From Acetobacteraceae bacterium UBA6159 (GTDB taxonomy: Bacteria > Pseudomonadota > Alphaproteobacteria > Acetobacterales > Acetobacteraceae): a stretch of DNA of 64,000 nucleotides. How positions within the stretch are numbered: the first letter of the stretch is position 1; each line of letters opens with the position of its first letter. Position numbers and translations under genes: made by a program. A model generated the notes under the pieces. That model was given only the letters and a program-made list of their open reading frames with translations, ran no database searches and was not told where the DNA came from. The DNA lies in the NCBI GenBank assembly GCA_002422345.1, contig DIUL01000142.1, forward strand, positions 78,064 to 142,063, read 5' to 3'. Of this stretch, positions 1-11,600 are shown in pieces.

Positions 1-2
1 GC

Positions 3-3000
3 GTCAACCTGACCGTGCATCCGGGCAAGCACTGGATCCTCAGCAAGTCCGGCTTCGCGTCCAGCGACGGCCGCTGCCGCAGCTTTGGCGAGGGCGGGGA
101 CGGCTATGTGCCGGGTGAGGGCGTGGGGGCGGTCCTGCTGAAGCCCCTGGCGCGGGCGTTGGCGGACGGCGACCGCATCCATGCGGTGATCCGGTCGAGC
201 GCGCTGAACCATGGTGGCCGCACGAATGGCTATACCGTGCCGAACCCGGTGGCGCAGGGCAGCCTGATCAGCGCCGCGCTGCGCCGGGGCGGCGTCGATC
301 CAGCCTCGATCGGCTATGTCGAGGCGCATGGGACCGGCACCTCCCTGGGCGATCCGGTGGAGATCGCGGGCCTCGCGCGCGCCTTTGCCGGGGTCGAGCC
401 GGGGATGTGTCCGATCGGGTCGGTGAAGTCGAATATCGGCCATCTGGAATCGGCGGCCGGCATCGCCGCGCTGACGAAGGTCGTGCTGCAACTGCGGCAT
501 GAGGCGCTGGTGCCCAGCCTGCATGCTTCGGCGTTGAACCCGAACCTCAATCTGGCGACGACGCCATTCCGGGTGCAGCAGGATCTGGCGCCCTGGCCGC
601 GTCGGGCGGATCGTGCGCGGCGGGCGGGGATCAGTTCCTTCGGCGCAGGCGGCGCAAACGGACATCTGGTGATCGAGGAAGCGCCCGATCTGCCCCCCGA
701 ACCGATGGCGCCGGTTGAGCCCCTGATCGTGCCGCTCTCCGCGGCCACGGCCGAGGCTCTGGCGGAACAGGCCACCCGCCTGGCGGACTGGCTGGCGAGG
801 CAGGGCAAAGACGTCGATTTCCCCGCCATTGTCCGCACGTTGCAGGCGGGACGAGAGGCGATGCGCCATCGCTGGGCGGTGCGGGTAACAACCCCGGACG
901 CGCTGATCGCGGCACTTCGGGCTTTCGTTGGTGGCCAGGGCTCGGCCGATCCCGCGTTGGCGGACTGGACCAGCGGTGGCCGGATGGACTGGGACGCCGT
1001 GGCCCCCGGCCCCCGTCGCCCCCTCTCACTTCCAACCTATGCCTTCGCTCGGCGGCCGTGCTGGGTGACGGTGACTCCCCGAGGGACACCGATGCGCGCC
1101 GCGGCCTTGGACGTCGCCTCCGTCATCCCGCTGGCCTGCCATCCGAATTCGCCCGAAGTCGCGGACCACAGGCTGGGCGGCCAGGTGATGCTCGCCGGCG
1201 CTTTTCTGCTGGAGACCGTGCGCGCCCAGGCCACGCGGCTTCTGCGCCAGGATGTGGCCGGGATGGCGGACATCCGCTTCCTCCGCCCCGTGACGCCTGA
1301 CATGGGCGCCGAACTGGTCATCGAGCCGGATCACCGCTTCGCGATCCGGGTCGGCCCCCTCGACCACGTGACCGGCCGGTTGCTGCGGGACGCGCCGGAC
1401 GATGCGCGCGCCGACGCCGACCTGCCGTCGATCGCCGCGCGCTGTCAGCAGGCGATCGACCGGGCCGCGATCTACGGCGCGCTTGCGTCCGGCGGCGCCG
1501 AGTATGGTTCGGCCTATCGTCGGCTCGACACCGTCTGGCGCGGCGACGGTGAGGCGCTGGGCGAACTGATGCCCGTGCCGGAACGTGAGGGGTGGCCGCC
1601 TGGCGTGCTGGATGCGGCGTTCCAACTGTCCTTTGCCCTGGCAACCGGTGCGGGTGGCCTCGCGCCCTTCACGATCGACCGCTTGACGGTGTCGGGTGCT
1701 CTCGCCGAGGCGACCCATGTCGTCGGAATCAGGCGGGAGGCCGGTCCGGGGTTCCTGCAACTCGACCTGTGCCTGACGGACGCAAGCGGGCGTGTGTTGC
1801 TCGCCGTCGATGGGTTCGTGGCGAAGGCCGCCACCCCGCGCGCTGAGGCGTCGGCAACGGTCCCCCTGCGCCTGCTGCGCCCGGTCTGGACGAAGACGCG
1901 CATCGAACCGTCGCCGATCCCGGTTGGCCAGACCGCCATCATTGGGCATGCGGCTGACGGCGGCCTTGGCGACCGATTGCGCGATGCGGCGGGCGGGAGG
2001 CAGGGGGACCCTCAATCCGCCGACCACGTCTGGTACCTCGGCGGCTGGTGTTCGGCCCTGTGGGAAACCGAGGCGGTCTCGGCCCTCGCCGCGCTGGTGA
2101 GGGACCTGTCAACCCGTCCAACCCCACCAACCCTCACGGTCGTTGTCAGTCACGCCAACAGCGTCATGACCGAAACACCCGACCCGCTCGCCGCCGCCGT
2201 CGCCGCCTTCGCCAAGTCCGTCGGGCGGGAACACCCGGACCTGCGCGTGCGGGTCATCGACGCCGACCCTGGTGTTGATGCAACCGACCTGTTGCGCGTG
2301 CCACCGGATGCGTCCGAGATCGCATGGCGCAATGGAGAGGCCTGGACGCGCGCTCTGAGTGAAGCGACGCTGCCGGAGGCCACCACGCCCTGGCGCAAGG
2401 GCGGCGTCTATCTGATCGCCGGAGGGGCGGGTGGGATCGGCCTCGCGCTTGCCAGCCACCTCGTGCAATCCGCCCAGGCCCGCGTCGTACTGCTGGGCCG
2501 CCGGCCGGCCGATGCCGCCCTGCGCGCCCGCATCGCCCAGATTGGCGGGGAGGTTCTTTACCTGACCGCCGACGTCACTGATGCCAATGCCGTCGCCACC
2601 GCCGTCGGGATCGCGCAGGTCCGCTTCGGCGCGATCAACGGGGCATTCCATCTGGCGCTGGCAATGCACGACGCTCGCGCGGTGACGCTGACCGAGGCCG
2701 ATATCCGGTCCGTCATGGCGCCCAAAACCGATGGGACGCGCAACCTGATGGTGGCGTTGGCGGACCAGGCGCTCGACTTCCTGATGCTGTTCTCCTCCTC
2801 CAACGCCCATACGACCAACCCGGGCCAGAGCGCCTATGCCGCCGCCAGCGCCGCGCAGGACGCGATCGGCCTGGGACCCGCGCCCTGGCCGGTGAAGATC
2901 ATCGACTGGGGCTTCTGGGGAGAGGTCGGCCGGGTTGCGACCGACGCCTATCGTGCCTCGCTGGCGCGGATCGGCGTCTATCCGATCTCCACGCCGGAAG

Positions 3001-4802
3001 GGATGGAGACGGTGGAGCGCATGTTGGCCGCCCCGCTGCGCCAGATCGTCCCGCTGCGGATCAGTGACACGGTCGCGGCGGCGCTGGGGGTGGTGTCGCC
3101 TGGCGGGACACCGGCCAGCGTCACGGAAGCGGTCGCGCGGGCCGTGGCGCCTCGGGCCCGGGCCGGACTGCCGATGCTGGAACGTGCCACCGGGGCCTTC
3201 ACCGCGATTGACGCCTATGCGGCCGATCTGCTGCTGCTGGCCTGGCAGGACCTCGGTGCGTTGCGCGAACCCGGTGGGCACCTGTCCGCCGACGGCCTGG
3301 AACGTCTCGGTATCCAGCCCCGGTTCCGCCGTCTCGTCGCCGCGCAATCGGACATGCTGGTTCGCGCCGGCTTCCTGATCCCGGACGGCGCCGGCTGGAT
3401 CGTGGGTGAGCCTGTGCGGCAGCCCGCGTCGTCCCGCCGAACCGCCCTGGCGGAACGGCGGGCGGGTTGGATCGCCGACCAGCCCGACGTGGCGCCGTAT
3501 CTCGATCTGCTCGACACCTGTTCGGGTGCCCTGCCCGACATCCTGCGTGGCCAGGTCGACGCCAACGACGTCCTGTTCCCCGGCGGCAGTTCGGCGCGCG
3601 TCGAACCGATCTATCGTGGCAATCAGGTCGTCGATCACTTCCAGGCAATCGTCGCCGAGGCCGCTGCTGCTGCTGTATCCGTTCGGCGGGGATCCTCACG
3701 GTCCGAAATCCGCATTCTGGAGATCGGCGCCGGCACCGGCGGGACCACGGCCTTCGTCCTGCCCGCTCTGGCCGCCCATGCCGATCGGGTCCGATACGTG
3801 TTCAGCGATATCGGGCGGTTCTTCCTTGATGCCGCGGGCAAGCGCTTTGCCGGGTATCCGTTCCTGTCGACGGCGTTGCTCGATATCGAGAACCCACCGG
3901 CCGCCCAGGGCTTCGAACCCAACAGTTTCGATATCGTGATCGCCGCGAACGTGCTGCACGCGACACGCGACATCCGCGCGACGCTGGGGCATGTCCGGTC
4001 GCTGCTGCGGCCCGGCGGCGTCTTGCTGGTGAACGAGGCGACGATGCGCCAGGACTTCAACACGATGACGTTCGGCCTGACACGCGGCTGGTGGGCGTTC
4101 GAGGATACGGCGCGCCGCATCGACCACGCCCCGCTGCTGCGCACTGGAACCTGGCTGTCCGAACTGGCGCATCAGGGGTTCCGCGGCGCCCATGTCCTCG
4201 CCGGCGGGGAAGGGGCGTTGCAGACTGTGATCGCGGCCGAGGGCGATGGCGCCGCTCCCGTCGTGGCCAGGCCCACGGCGCAGCCGAAGCCCGCGGGGGA
4301 TCGGCGGATCGAGGATATCCTGCGCGACACCGTCGCCAAGTCCCTGCGGCTGCGACCCGAGGAAGTCGATCCCGAAACCAGCTTCGCCGAATTCGGCGCC
4401 GATTCGATCATCAGCGTCGACTTGGTGCGGGAGATCAACGCCGCGCTCGGGATCGAGCTGAAGACCACCGCCCTGTTCAACTATGCGACGGTGCGGGCCC
4501 TGGCGGGCTATATCGAAACCGAGTTCGCCGCCCAGCTTGGCGTCGCGCGCGAAGAAGCCGCCGGCAAGGGCAGCCGGATCAGGGAGCGCTCGGAACGGCT
4601 GCGGGAAATCATCCGCAAGCGGCGGGAGTCGATGGGTCAGCCGATGCCGGCCGAACCAGTGGCGGCGGAACCGGAACGGCGGGTTGACCCGCCCCCAAAG
4701 GAGCGGCCCGAGGACGACAACGCTGCGTTGTTGCAGGTGCTGCGACGATTGCAGGCAGGAGAAATCGGTGTGACCGAGGCATTGGTGGAGGCCGGAGAAT
4801 GA
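3..4802 (+). CDS. trans-AT type I PKS, 5'-truncated by the window edge: KS(partial)-DH-KR-cMT-ACP plus C-terminal docking helix
   Basis: Frame is open from the window start. KS motifs EAHGTGT, KSNIGHLE and SSFGAGG; no AT domain. DH HRLGGQVMLAG and LDAAFQ; KR GGAGGIG and GQSAYAAA; MT LEIGAGTGG and AANVLHAT; ACP FGADSII. Ends in docking-like LLQVLRRLQAGEIGVTEA. Confidence 0.95.
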   Translation, partial: VNLTVHPGKHWILSKSGFASSDGRCRSFGEGGDGYVPGEGVGAVLLKPLARALADGDRIHAVIRSSALNHGGRTNGYTVPNPVAQGSLISAALRRGGVDPASIGYVEAHGTGTSLGDPVEIAGLARAFAGVEPGMCPIGSVKSNIGHLESAAGIAALTKVVLQLRHEALVPSLHASALNPNLNLATTPFRVQQDLAPWPRRADRARRAGISSFGAGGANGHLVIEEAPDLPPEPMAPVEPLIVPLSAATAEALAEQATRLADWLARQGKDVDFPAIVRTLQAGREAMRHRWAVRVTTPDALIAALRAFVGGQGSADPALADWTSGGRMDWDAVAPGPRRPLSLPTYAFARRPCWVTVTPRGTPMRAAALDVASVIPLACHPNSPEVADHRLGGQVMLAGAFLLETVRAQATRLLRQDVAGMADIRFLRPVTPDMGAELVIEPDHRFAIRVGPLDHVTGRLLRDAPDDARADADLPSIAARCQQAIDRAAIYGALASGGAEYGSAYRRLDTVWRGDGEALGELMPVPEREGWPPGVLDAAFQLSFALATGAGGLAPFTIDRLTVSGALAEATHVVGIRREAGPGFLQLDLCLTDASGRVLLAVDGFVAKAATPRAEASATVPLRLLRPVWTKTRIEPSPIPVGQTAIIGHAADGGLGDRLRDAAGGRQGDPQSADHVWYLGGWCSALWETEAVSALAALVRDLSTRPTPPTLTVVVSHANSVMTETPDPLAAAVAAFAKSVGREHPDLRVRVIDADPGVDATDLLRVPPDASEIAWRNGEAWTRALSEATLPEATTPWRKGGVYLIAGGAGGIGLALASHLVQSAQARVVLLGRRPADAALRARIAQIGGEVLYLTADVTDANAVATAVGIAQVRFGAINGAFHLALAMHDARAVTLTEADIRSVMAPKTDGTRNLMVALADQALDFLMLFSSSNAHTTNPGQSAYAAASAAQDAIGLGPAPWPVKIIDWGFWGEVGRVATDAYRASLARIGVYPISTPEGMETVERMLAAPLRQIVPLRISDTVAAALGVVSPGGTPASVTEAVARAVAPRARAGLPMLERATGAFTAIDAYAADLLLLAWQDLGALREPGGHLSADGLERLGIQPRFRRLVAAQSDMLVRAGFLIPDGAGWIVGEPVRQPASSRRTALAERRAGWIADQPDVAPYLDLLDTCSGALPDILRGQVDANDVLFPGGSSARVEPIYRGNQVVDHFQAIVAEAAAAAVSVRRGSSRSEIRILEIGAGTGGTTAFVLPALAAHADRVRYVFSDIGRFFLDAAGKRFAGYPFLSTALLDIENPPAAQGFEPNSFDIVIAANVLHATRDIRATLGHVRSLLRPGGVLLVNEATMRQDFNTMTFGLTRGWWAFEDTARRIDHAPLLRTGTWLSELAHQGFRGAHVLAGGEGALQTVIAAEGDGAAPVVARPTAQPKPAGDRRIEDILRDTVAKSLRLRPEEVDPETSFAEFGADSIISVDLVREINAALGIELKTTALFNYATVRALAGYIETEFAAQLGVAREEAAGKGSRIRERSERLREIIRKRRESMGQPMPAEPVAAEPERRVDPPPKERPEDDNAALLQVLRRLQAGEIGVTEALVEAGE

Positions 4803-5605
4803 TCAGGCGTTGTTTCGCACCGGACCTTTACCGGAACAAAACAGTATTCGTGACCGGCGGCGCGGGCACGATCAACGCCGGCATCGCCAAGGGGTTCGCC
4901 GAACTCGGCGCCCGCGTCGTGCTGTGCGGACGGACGATGCACCGGCTGGATGAGGCGGTGGCAACCCTGCGCGCGGTCGGCGCCGAGGCGCTGGCCATCC
5001 AGGGCGACGTGCAGGAAATCGAAACGATAGAGGCAGCGCTGGCGACCACCGAAAAGACCTTCGGCAAGGTCGATATCCTGATCTGCGGCGCCGCGGCGAA
5101 CTTCCCCGCCCCCGCGGAACAGATGTCGGCCGAGGGGTTCCGCAAGGTCATCTCGGTCGATCTGCTGGGGTCGTTCAACGCCTCTCGCGCCGCCTTCGCG
5201 CATCTGAAGGCCACGCGCGGGAACATTATCTTCGTGTCCGCCACCAACGCGATCATGCCGTTCGCCTTTCAGGCCCATGTCGGCGCGGCGAAGGCCGGCA
5301 TCGACAGTCTGATGCGCGGCCTCGCGCTGGAGTGGGGGAAGTATGGGATCCGCTGCAACAGTGTCCTGCCTGGCCCGATCGAGAAGACCGAGGGGCTGCG
5401 CCGCCTGCTGACCGAACAGGACATCGCCGAACTCCGTTCCTACGTTCCGCTGGGGCGTTTCGGCACGATCGAGGACGTGGCCGCGGTGTGCTGCTTCCTC
5501 GCCTCCCCGCTCGCGTCGCTGCTGACCGGTGTCACGCTGGTGGCGGATGGCGGACAGTCCTTTTCCGGTTCGGCCATGCTGGCTGAACTGATGATGAACC
5601 CCTGA
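4799..5605 (+). CDS. SDR, 2,4-dienoyl-CoA reductase (DECR2/SPS19)-like
   Basis: TGGAGTI Rossmann motif, GAAANF, QAHVGAAKAGID (no catalytic Tyr) and LALEWG..GIRCNSVLPGPIEKTEGLRRL closely match peroxisomal-type DECR. ATGA overlap with the upstream PKS stop. Confidence 0.85.
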   Translation: MIRRCFAPDLYRNKTVFVTGGAGTINAGIAKGFAELGARVVLCGRTMHRLDEAVATLRAVGAEALAIQGDVQEIETIEAALATTEKTFGKVDILICGAAANFPAPAEQMSAEGFRKVISVDLLGSFNASRAAFAHLKATRGNIIFVSATNAIMPFAFQAHVGAAKAGIDSLMRGLALEWGKYGIRCNSVLPGPIEKTEGLRRLLTEQDIAELRSYVPLGRFGTIEDVAAVCCFLASPLASLLTGVTLVADGGQSFSGSAMLAELMMNP

Positions 5606-5615
5606 GGCAGGCGCC

Positions 5616-8600
5616 ATGGCCGAGAACAACGGATTGCGTCGGCTGGTCTTCGGCATGGTGGCCGAGGGCACGCTGGATGCCGAGGCGGCGATGGCGCTGC
5701 TGGCCCGCGCGAAGGACCTGGCACCGGAACCCTCGGCGCCGGTCTCGCGCGATATCGCCATCGTCGGCATGGCGGGGCGCTTCGGCAACGCGCCCGACCT
5801 GGACAGCTTCTGGCGGATGCTGGAAGCCGGCGGTGATTGCCTGATCGAAATGCCGGAGCGGCGCTGGCCCGCCGCCATGGGCCCACGCCGGCGCGGCGGC
5901 TTCCTGCCTGACGAGGATCGTTTCGATCCGCTGTTCTTCCGCATCTCGCCCACCGAGGCGGCGATGATGGACCCGCAGCAGCGACTGTTCCTGGAAACCG
6001 CCTATCACGCGCTGGAAGACGCGGGCTATGCCGAACGGACCCTGTCCGGCATGCGTTGCGGCGTCTTCGCGGGCGCCGGCGCGGGGGACTACGCCCAGCG
6101 TTTCCGCGACGCCGGGTTGCAGTCCAACGCGCTGGGCCTGATGGGCAATGTGACGTCCATTCTTGCCGCGCGGATCAGCTATTTTCTGAATCTGAAGGGG
6201 CCGAGCGTTGCGCTGGACACGGCGTGTTCGTCCTCCTTGGTGGCGGTGCATCTGGCCTGTGAGAGCCTGATGTCGGGCACCTGCGACATGGCGCTGGCCG
6301 GCGGTGTCGCGGTGATCAGCACGCCACAGTTCATCGGCGCGATGACCGATGGCGGCATGCTGTCGCCCAACGACCGTTGCGCCGCGTTCGACGCGGCGGC
6401 GGATGGTTTCGTTTGTGGCGAAGGCGCTGGCGTCGTCGTGCTGAAACGGCTGGCGGACGCGGAGCGGGATGGCGACAACATCCTGGGCATCGTGCGCGGC
6501 AGCGGCATCAACCAGGATGGCCGGACGAACGGCATCACCGCGCCCAGCGCGCCGTCCCAGGCGGCGCTGGAGGAAGACATCTACCGCCGGCGCAACATCG
6601 ACCCGGCCTCGATCACCTATGTCGAGACGCATGGCACCGGCACCCCGCTGGGCGATCCGATCGAGCTGGAGGCTCTGACCTCGTCGTTCCGGAAATTCAC
6701 CGACCGTGTCGGCTTCTGCGCGATCGGGTCCGCGAAGGCGAATATCGGGCATGCGCTGACGGCGGCGGGGATCGCCGGGTTGCTGAAAGTGCTGCTGATG
6801 ATGCGGCACCGGCGCATCCCGCCGATGGCTGGGTTCACCAGTCCCAATCCACGCATCGACTTTGCCTCCAGTCCGTTCGCCGTGCCAACCATCGCGCGCG
6901 ATTGGGAACCCGCCGGGCCACGCCGAGCGGCGGTGAGTTCGTTCGGCTTCAGTGGCACGAACGCGCATCTGGTGATCGAAGAACCGCCCGCGCGTCCCGG
7001 GCGCCCGACCAAGGCGGGGCCGTTCCTTTTCCTGCTGTCGGCTCGGACCGCGGCAGCGCTGCGGGCACGGGCGTCCGCGTTTGCGGCCTGGCTTGAAGGA
7101 GCGAACGCCGATCCGGCGGACATCGCGACGACGCTCGCGGCGGGGCGGGAACATCATGGCCATCGCCTCGCGGTCGTTGCGGACGATCTCACATCGTTGC
7201 GTGACCGGTTGCGTGGGTGGCTGGACGGGCAGCGTCACGCCTCCGTGCTGGCCGGAGAGGCGCGGGCCGAGGGGCCTGGCCCCGCGCTGATGGCCTTCGC
7301 GAAGACGATCGCGCGGGACCGTCCGGATCAGGAGTCGCTGTGTGTCCTAGGCGATCTTTACACCCAGGGCGCCGCCTTCGACTGGACGGCGCTGCCCGGT
7401 GCTTCAGCGGGACGGCGGGTGTCCCTGCCGGGATATCCGTTTGAGCGGATGGCGTGCGGTATCCCGGCCGGTGCTGTGGCCGAACCGCCTCCGGCCACCA
7501 TGGCCGAGGTGACCACGGATCGTCCGCCTGCCGTGACGCCAATCGATGGCCTGAGCGCCGTGACGACCGCACTGGCCCGCCATGACGCTCCGGACCTTTC
7601 CGCGCAGGCCGGGGCATTCCGGGCGGTGGAGGCCTGGGGGCGCAAGGCGCTCTCGGCCGCCTATGACCGGATGGGGCTGTATGAGCGCCGCGTCCATACG
7701 GTGGGCGGTCTTCGCAAGCGGTTGGGCATCATCCCGTCCAAGCACCGCCTGCATGACGCACTGGTGGACATGCTGGTGCGCGACGGCACGCTGCTGCGAG
7801 AGGGCGATCTGTTGCGCATCCGTCAGCCCGCCGCGACCGCCCTGGACGCGGAGCGTGCTCGGCTTTCCGCCGCTGAACCGGAACTGGCGCCGTTCCTGAC
7901 CCTTCTGGCCCGCTGTATCGACGCGCTGCCAGACCTTCTGACCGGGCGCGTCACCGCGACCGAGGTCATGTTCCCCGATGGCCGCACCGACCTGGTGGAG
8001 CCGATTTATCAAGGCAGCCGCCTCGCTGAACATCTGAACACCGTGCTGGCCGAGGCGGTGGCGACGCTCTCCGCCGGCCTGGGACGGCCCGCGCGGGTGA
8101 TCGAGCTTGGCGCCGGCACCGGCGGTGCCACCGCCTCGATCCTGCGGCTGCTGACGGAGCGCGGAATCGAGGTCGAATACCACTACACGGATATTTCGCG
8201 CGGCTTCGCCCATCTGGGGCGGACGCGGTTCGGCGCGTCGCATGATTTTATGCGGTTCGATGTGCTGGATATCGAGAAGGATCCGGCCGGCCAGGGGTTC
8301 GATCTGGCTGGGTTCGACATCGTTATTGCTTCCAACGTCCTGCACGCCTGCCGCCTGGTCGGAGCGGCGCTGGACCATTCGAGTCGGCTGCTGCGGCCGG
8401 GTGGATGGCTGTTGCTGAATGAGGTCACGGCGTTGCAGGACTATGCAACGCTGACCTTCGGCCTGACCGATGGCTGGTGGGCGTTCGAGGACGCCGGCAG
8501 CCGCATCGCCAACGCCCCGCTGCTCGATGTCGGCGGCTGGCAGGCCGCGATGGCAGCTGCCGGTTTCCCCAGGATGGATGCGTTCGGCCTGCCGGGAGAG

Positions 8601-11600
8601 GCGCGTGATCGGCTCAGCCAGGCTGTCATGGTCGCGGAACGATCAGGTGCGGCCGCGACCCCCGGGGCGGACGGCGCCAGCCTGCCGGAGTTGATCGCAC
8701 GGGAAGTCGCGATCCTGCTGAACATGCCGGTGGAGCGGCTGGACCATCGCGGCCGGTTCATGGATTGCGGGATCGACTCGATCCTGGGTGGCCAGGTGGT
8801 TGCCCAGTTGAACAAGGCGCTGGGGCTGGACCTCCGCCCGATCGTCCTGTTCGACCATCCCTCTATCGCCGACCTCGCTCGGCATATCGCGCGGGAATAT
8901 GGCGATCGGGTCCGGAAGGTCCCGCCACCGCCCGCTGCCCAGGCCCCGGACCCCTCCCCTCCGTCATGGTCGGGCTTGACCCGACCACCGCTCGGCACTC
9001 CGGCGGCCGGCCAGAAAGGCCAAACGGAACAGTCCGTGGCGATGGTCGGGTCAAGCCCTACCATGACGGGGGAGGAGCTGGCGTTGCCCACCTCCACTTC
9101 CCACCCCGACACCCGCATCGCCGTCATCGGCATGGCGGGCCGTTTCGCCGACTGCCCTGACATCGCCGCCTTCCACGACATGCTCCGACAAGGCCGCAGC
9201 GGCATCACCACCGTCCCCGCCGATCGCTGGTCCGCCGACGCGGCATCCCTGCCCGAGGGCGTCAGTTCCGAGGCGCAATACCTCAAATGGGGCGGCTTCC
9301 TGCGCGACGCGGCGGACTTCGATCCGCTGTTCTTCCGCATGTCCGGCAAGGAAGCCGAACTGACAGACCCTCAGCACCGCGTCTTCCTCACGGAAGCCTG
9401 GCGCGCGCTGGAAGATGCTGGCTACGCCGAACACGAACTTGACGGGCGGCGCTGCGGCGTCTTCGTCGGTGCCTATGGCGGTGACTATACGCACCGCATG
9501 ACGGACCTCGGCATCGTGCCGGAGGCATTCGCCTTCATGGGCAATGCCGCGGCCATCCTGTCGGGACGCATCGCCTATGTCCTGAACCTCAAGGGACCGT
9601 GCATGGCGGTCGACACCGCCTGTTCGTCGTCGCTCAGCGCCATCCATCTCGCCTGCCGCAGCCTGCTGGATGGGGAGTGCGAGATGGCGCTCGCCGGCGG
9701 GGTCTTCCTGACCACGACGATGGGGTTCAACACCGCCGCGGCCAAGGCCGGCATGCTGTCCCCGAACGGCGCCTGTCGCGCCTTCGATGCGGACGCGGAT
9801 GGGTTCGTGCCGGGGGAGGGGGCGGGGGTTGTCGTGCTGAAACCCTATGCCCGCGCGCTGGCCGACGGCGATCATATCGAGGCGGTGATCATCGCCTCCG
9901 CCATGAACCAGGACGGCAAGACAAACGGGATTACCGCGCCCAGCGCGGACTCCCAGGCGGCACTGGAAACCGAGGTCTACCGGAAGGCCGGCATCAACCC
10001 GGACGCCATCGGCTATATCGAGGCGCACGGCACCGGCACCAGGCTGGGCGACCCGATCGAGGTCGAGGGCCTGACCCGCGCCTTCCGCCGCTGGACCGAC
10101 CGGACCGGGTTCTGCGTGCTGGGCTCGGTGAAGACGAATATCGGGCATGCGGCGCATGCGGCCGGGATTGCCGGGTTCCTGAAGGCCGTCCTGACGGTGC
10201 GGCATCGCACGTTCTTCCCGTCGTTGCATTTCCGGTCCGAGAACCCGGCGTTGCATCTGTCCGAGTCTCCGTTTGTGGTGAACACGGTGCTGCGCCCGTG
10301 GGAGACGAACGGCGCGCCGCGGATGGCGGGCGTCAGTTCCTTCGGGTTCAGCGGGACCAATGTGCACATCCTGCTGGCGGAATCCGACGCGGATCCGGTG
10401 CGCGCCGTTGCCGACGAACCCTGCCTGATCACGCTGTCCGCGCGCAGCCCGGCCAGTATGGCGCGCCGGATCGCCGATCTGCGGGCCTGGCTGGAGACTC
10501 ATACGCCGGCTTTGGCCGATCTTGCCCGGACCCTGAATGCCGGGCGTTGCCACTTCGATCATCGCTGGGCGGCGGTGGTTGGCAGCGTGGCGGATCTTCG
10601 GGCGACCCTGGCGTCGGGGGCGCCCGCGAGCACCGGACCCGGGTTCCTGCGGGAAGCCGCGGCGACGTATCTGCGGACGGGGGAGGTGCCGGCAGCAGCG
10701 ATCCCGGCGGGTGGCCGACGCATTTCCCTGCCGACCTATCCGTTCGAGATGCGCCGGTATTGGCTCGACCGCGAAGGCGACATGCCGCCGGCGGCCCGTG
10801 CTCCGGCCACTCTCACGCAGGCCTCGCCTTCCCGGGCGAACTATCTGGTAACTGACTGGCAGGCGGAGCCCTTGCCGACCGCTGCACTGCCAGTTCCAAT
10901 CTGGCTGCTGGCCGATGGCGACGGACCCGGTCCGGCGCTCGCCGCCCTGTGGCGCGGGCAGGGGCATCGGGTGACCGAGGTCGCTCCGGCGGACCTCGCG
11001 GAACGCCGCCGGCTGGACGGTGCCCCCGCCGGCGTCGTCAACCTGCTGGGCCTCAACGACCTGGGCACCGACCTTGGCCGGGGCGAAAAGGCCGTCTTCG
11101 CCACCCTGCGCGCTCTGTTCAACGATCCGGTGCCGGTGCTGCACGTCCATCGTGGCGGTCCGGCGCGGGAATGCGTCCAGGCCCTGCGGCGGTCGGCGCG
11201 CTTCGACGGCGCGCGGGTCGATTTGCGTCTGCTGCGCCTGGACGGCGCCTTGCCCGCGACGGGCGCGCTGGCGGCCATGATCGGTGCCGAACTGGCCGCG
11301 CCGCATGGTGCCGAAACCGAGGCCGCGATCCGGGACGGAAACCGGCTGGTCCGCCGCATGGTAGCGGCTTTCCCCGGGCCGTCCGTACCATTGCGCCAGG
11401 GCGCCCATATCCTGATCACCGGCGGCGGCGGAGTCCTGGCGGGCCTGTTCGCCCGCCGGCTGGCGCGGGAGGCCAAGGCGCGGATCACGCTGATCGGCCT
11501 TTCTCCCGCCAATGAGGCCGTGCTCGCGACGTTGGCGGCGTGCCCCGGTGCGCTCTACCGGCAGGTGGATGTGACAGACCAGGCCGCGCTGGCCGCGGTG

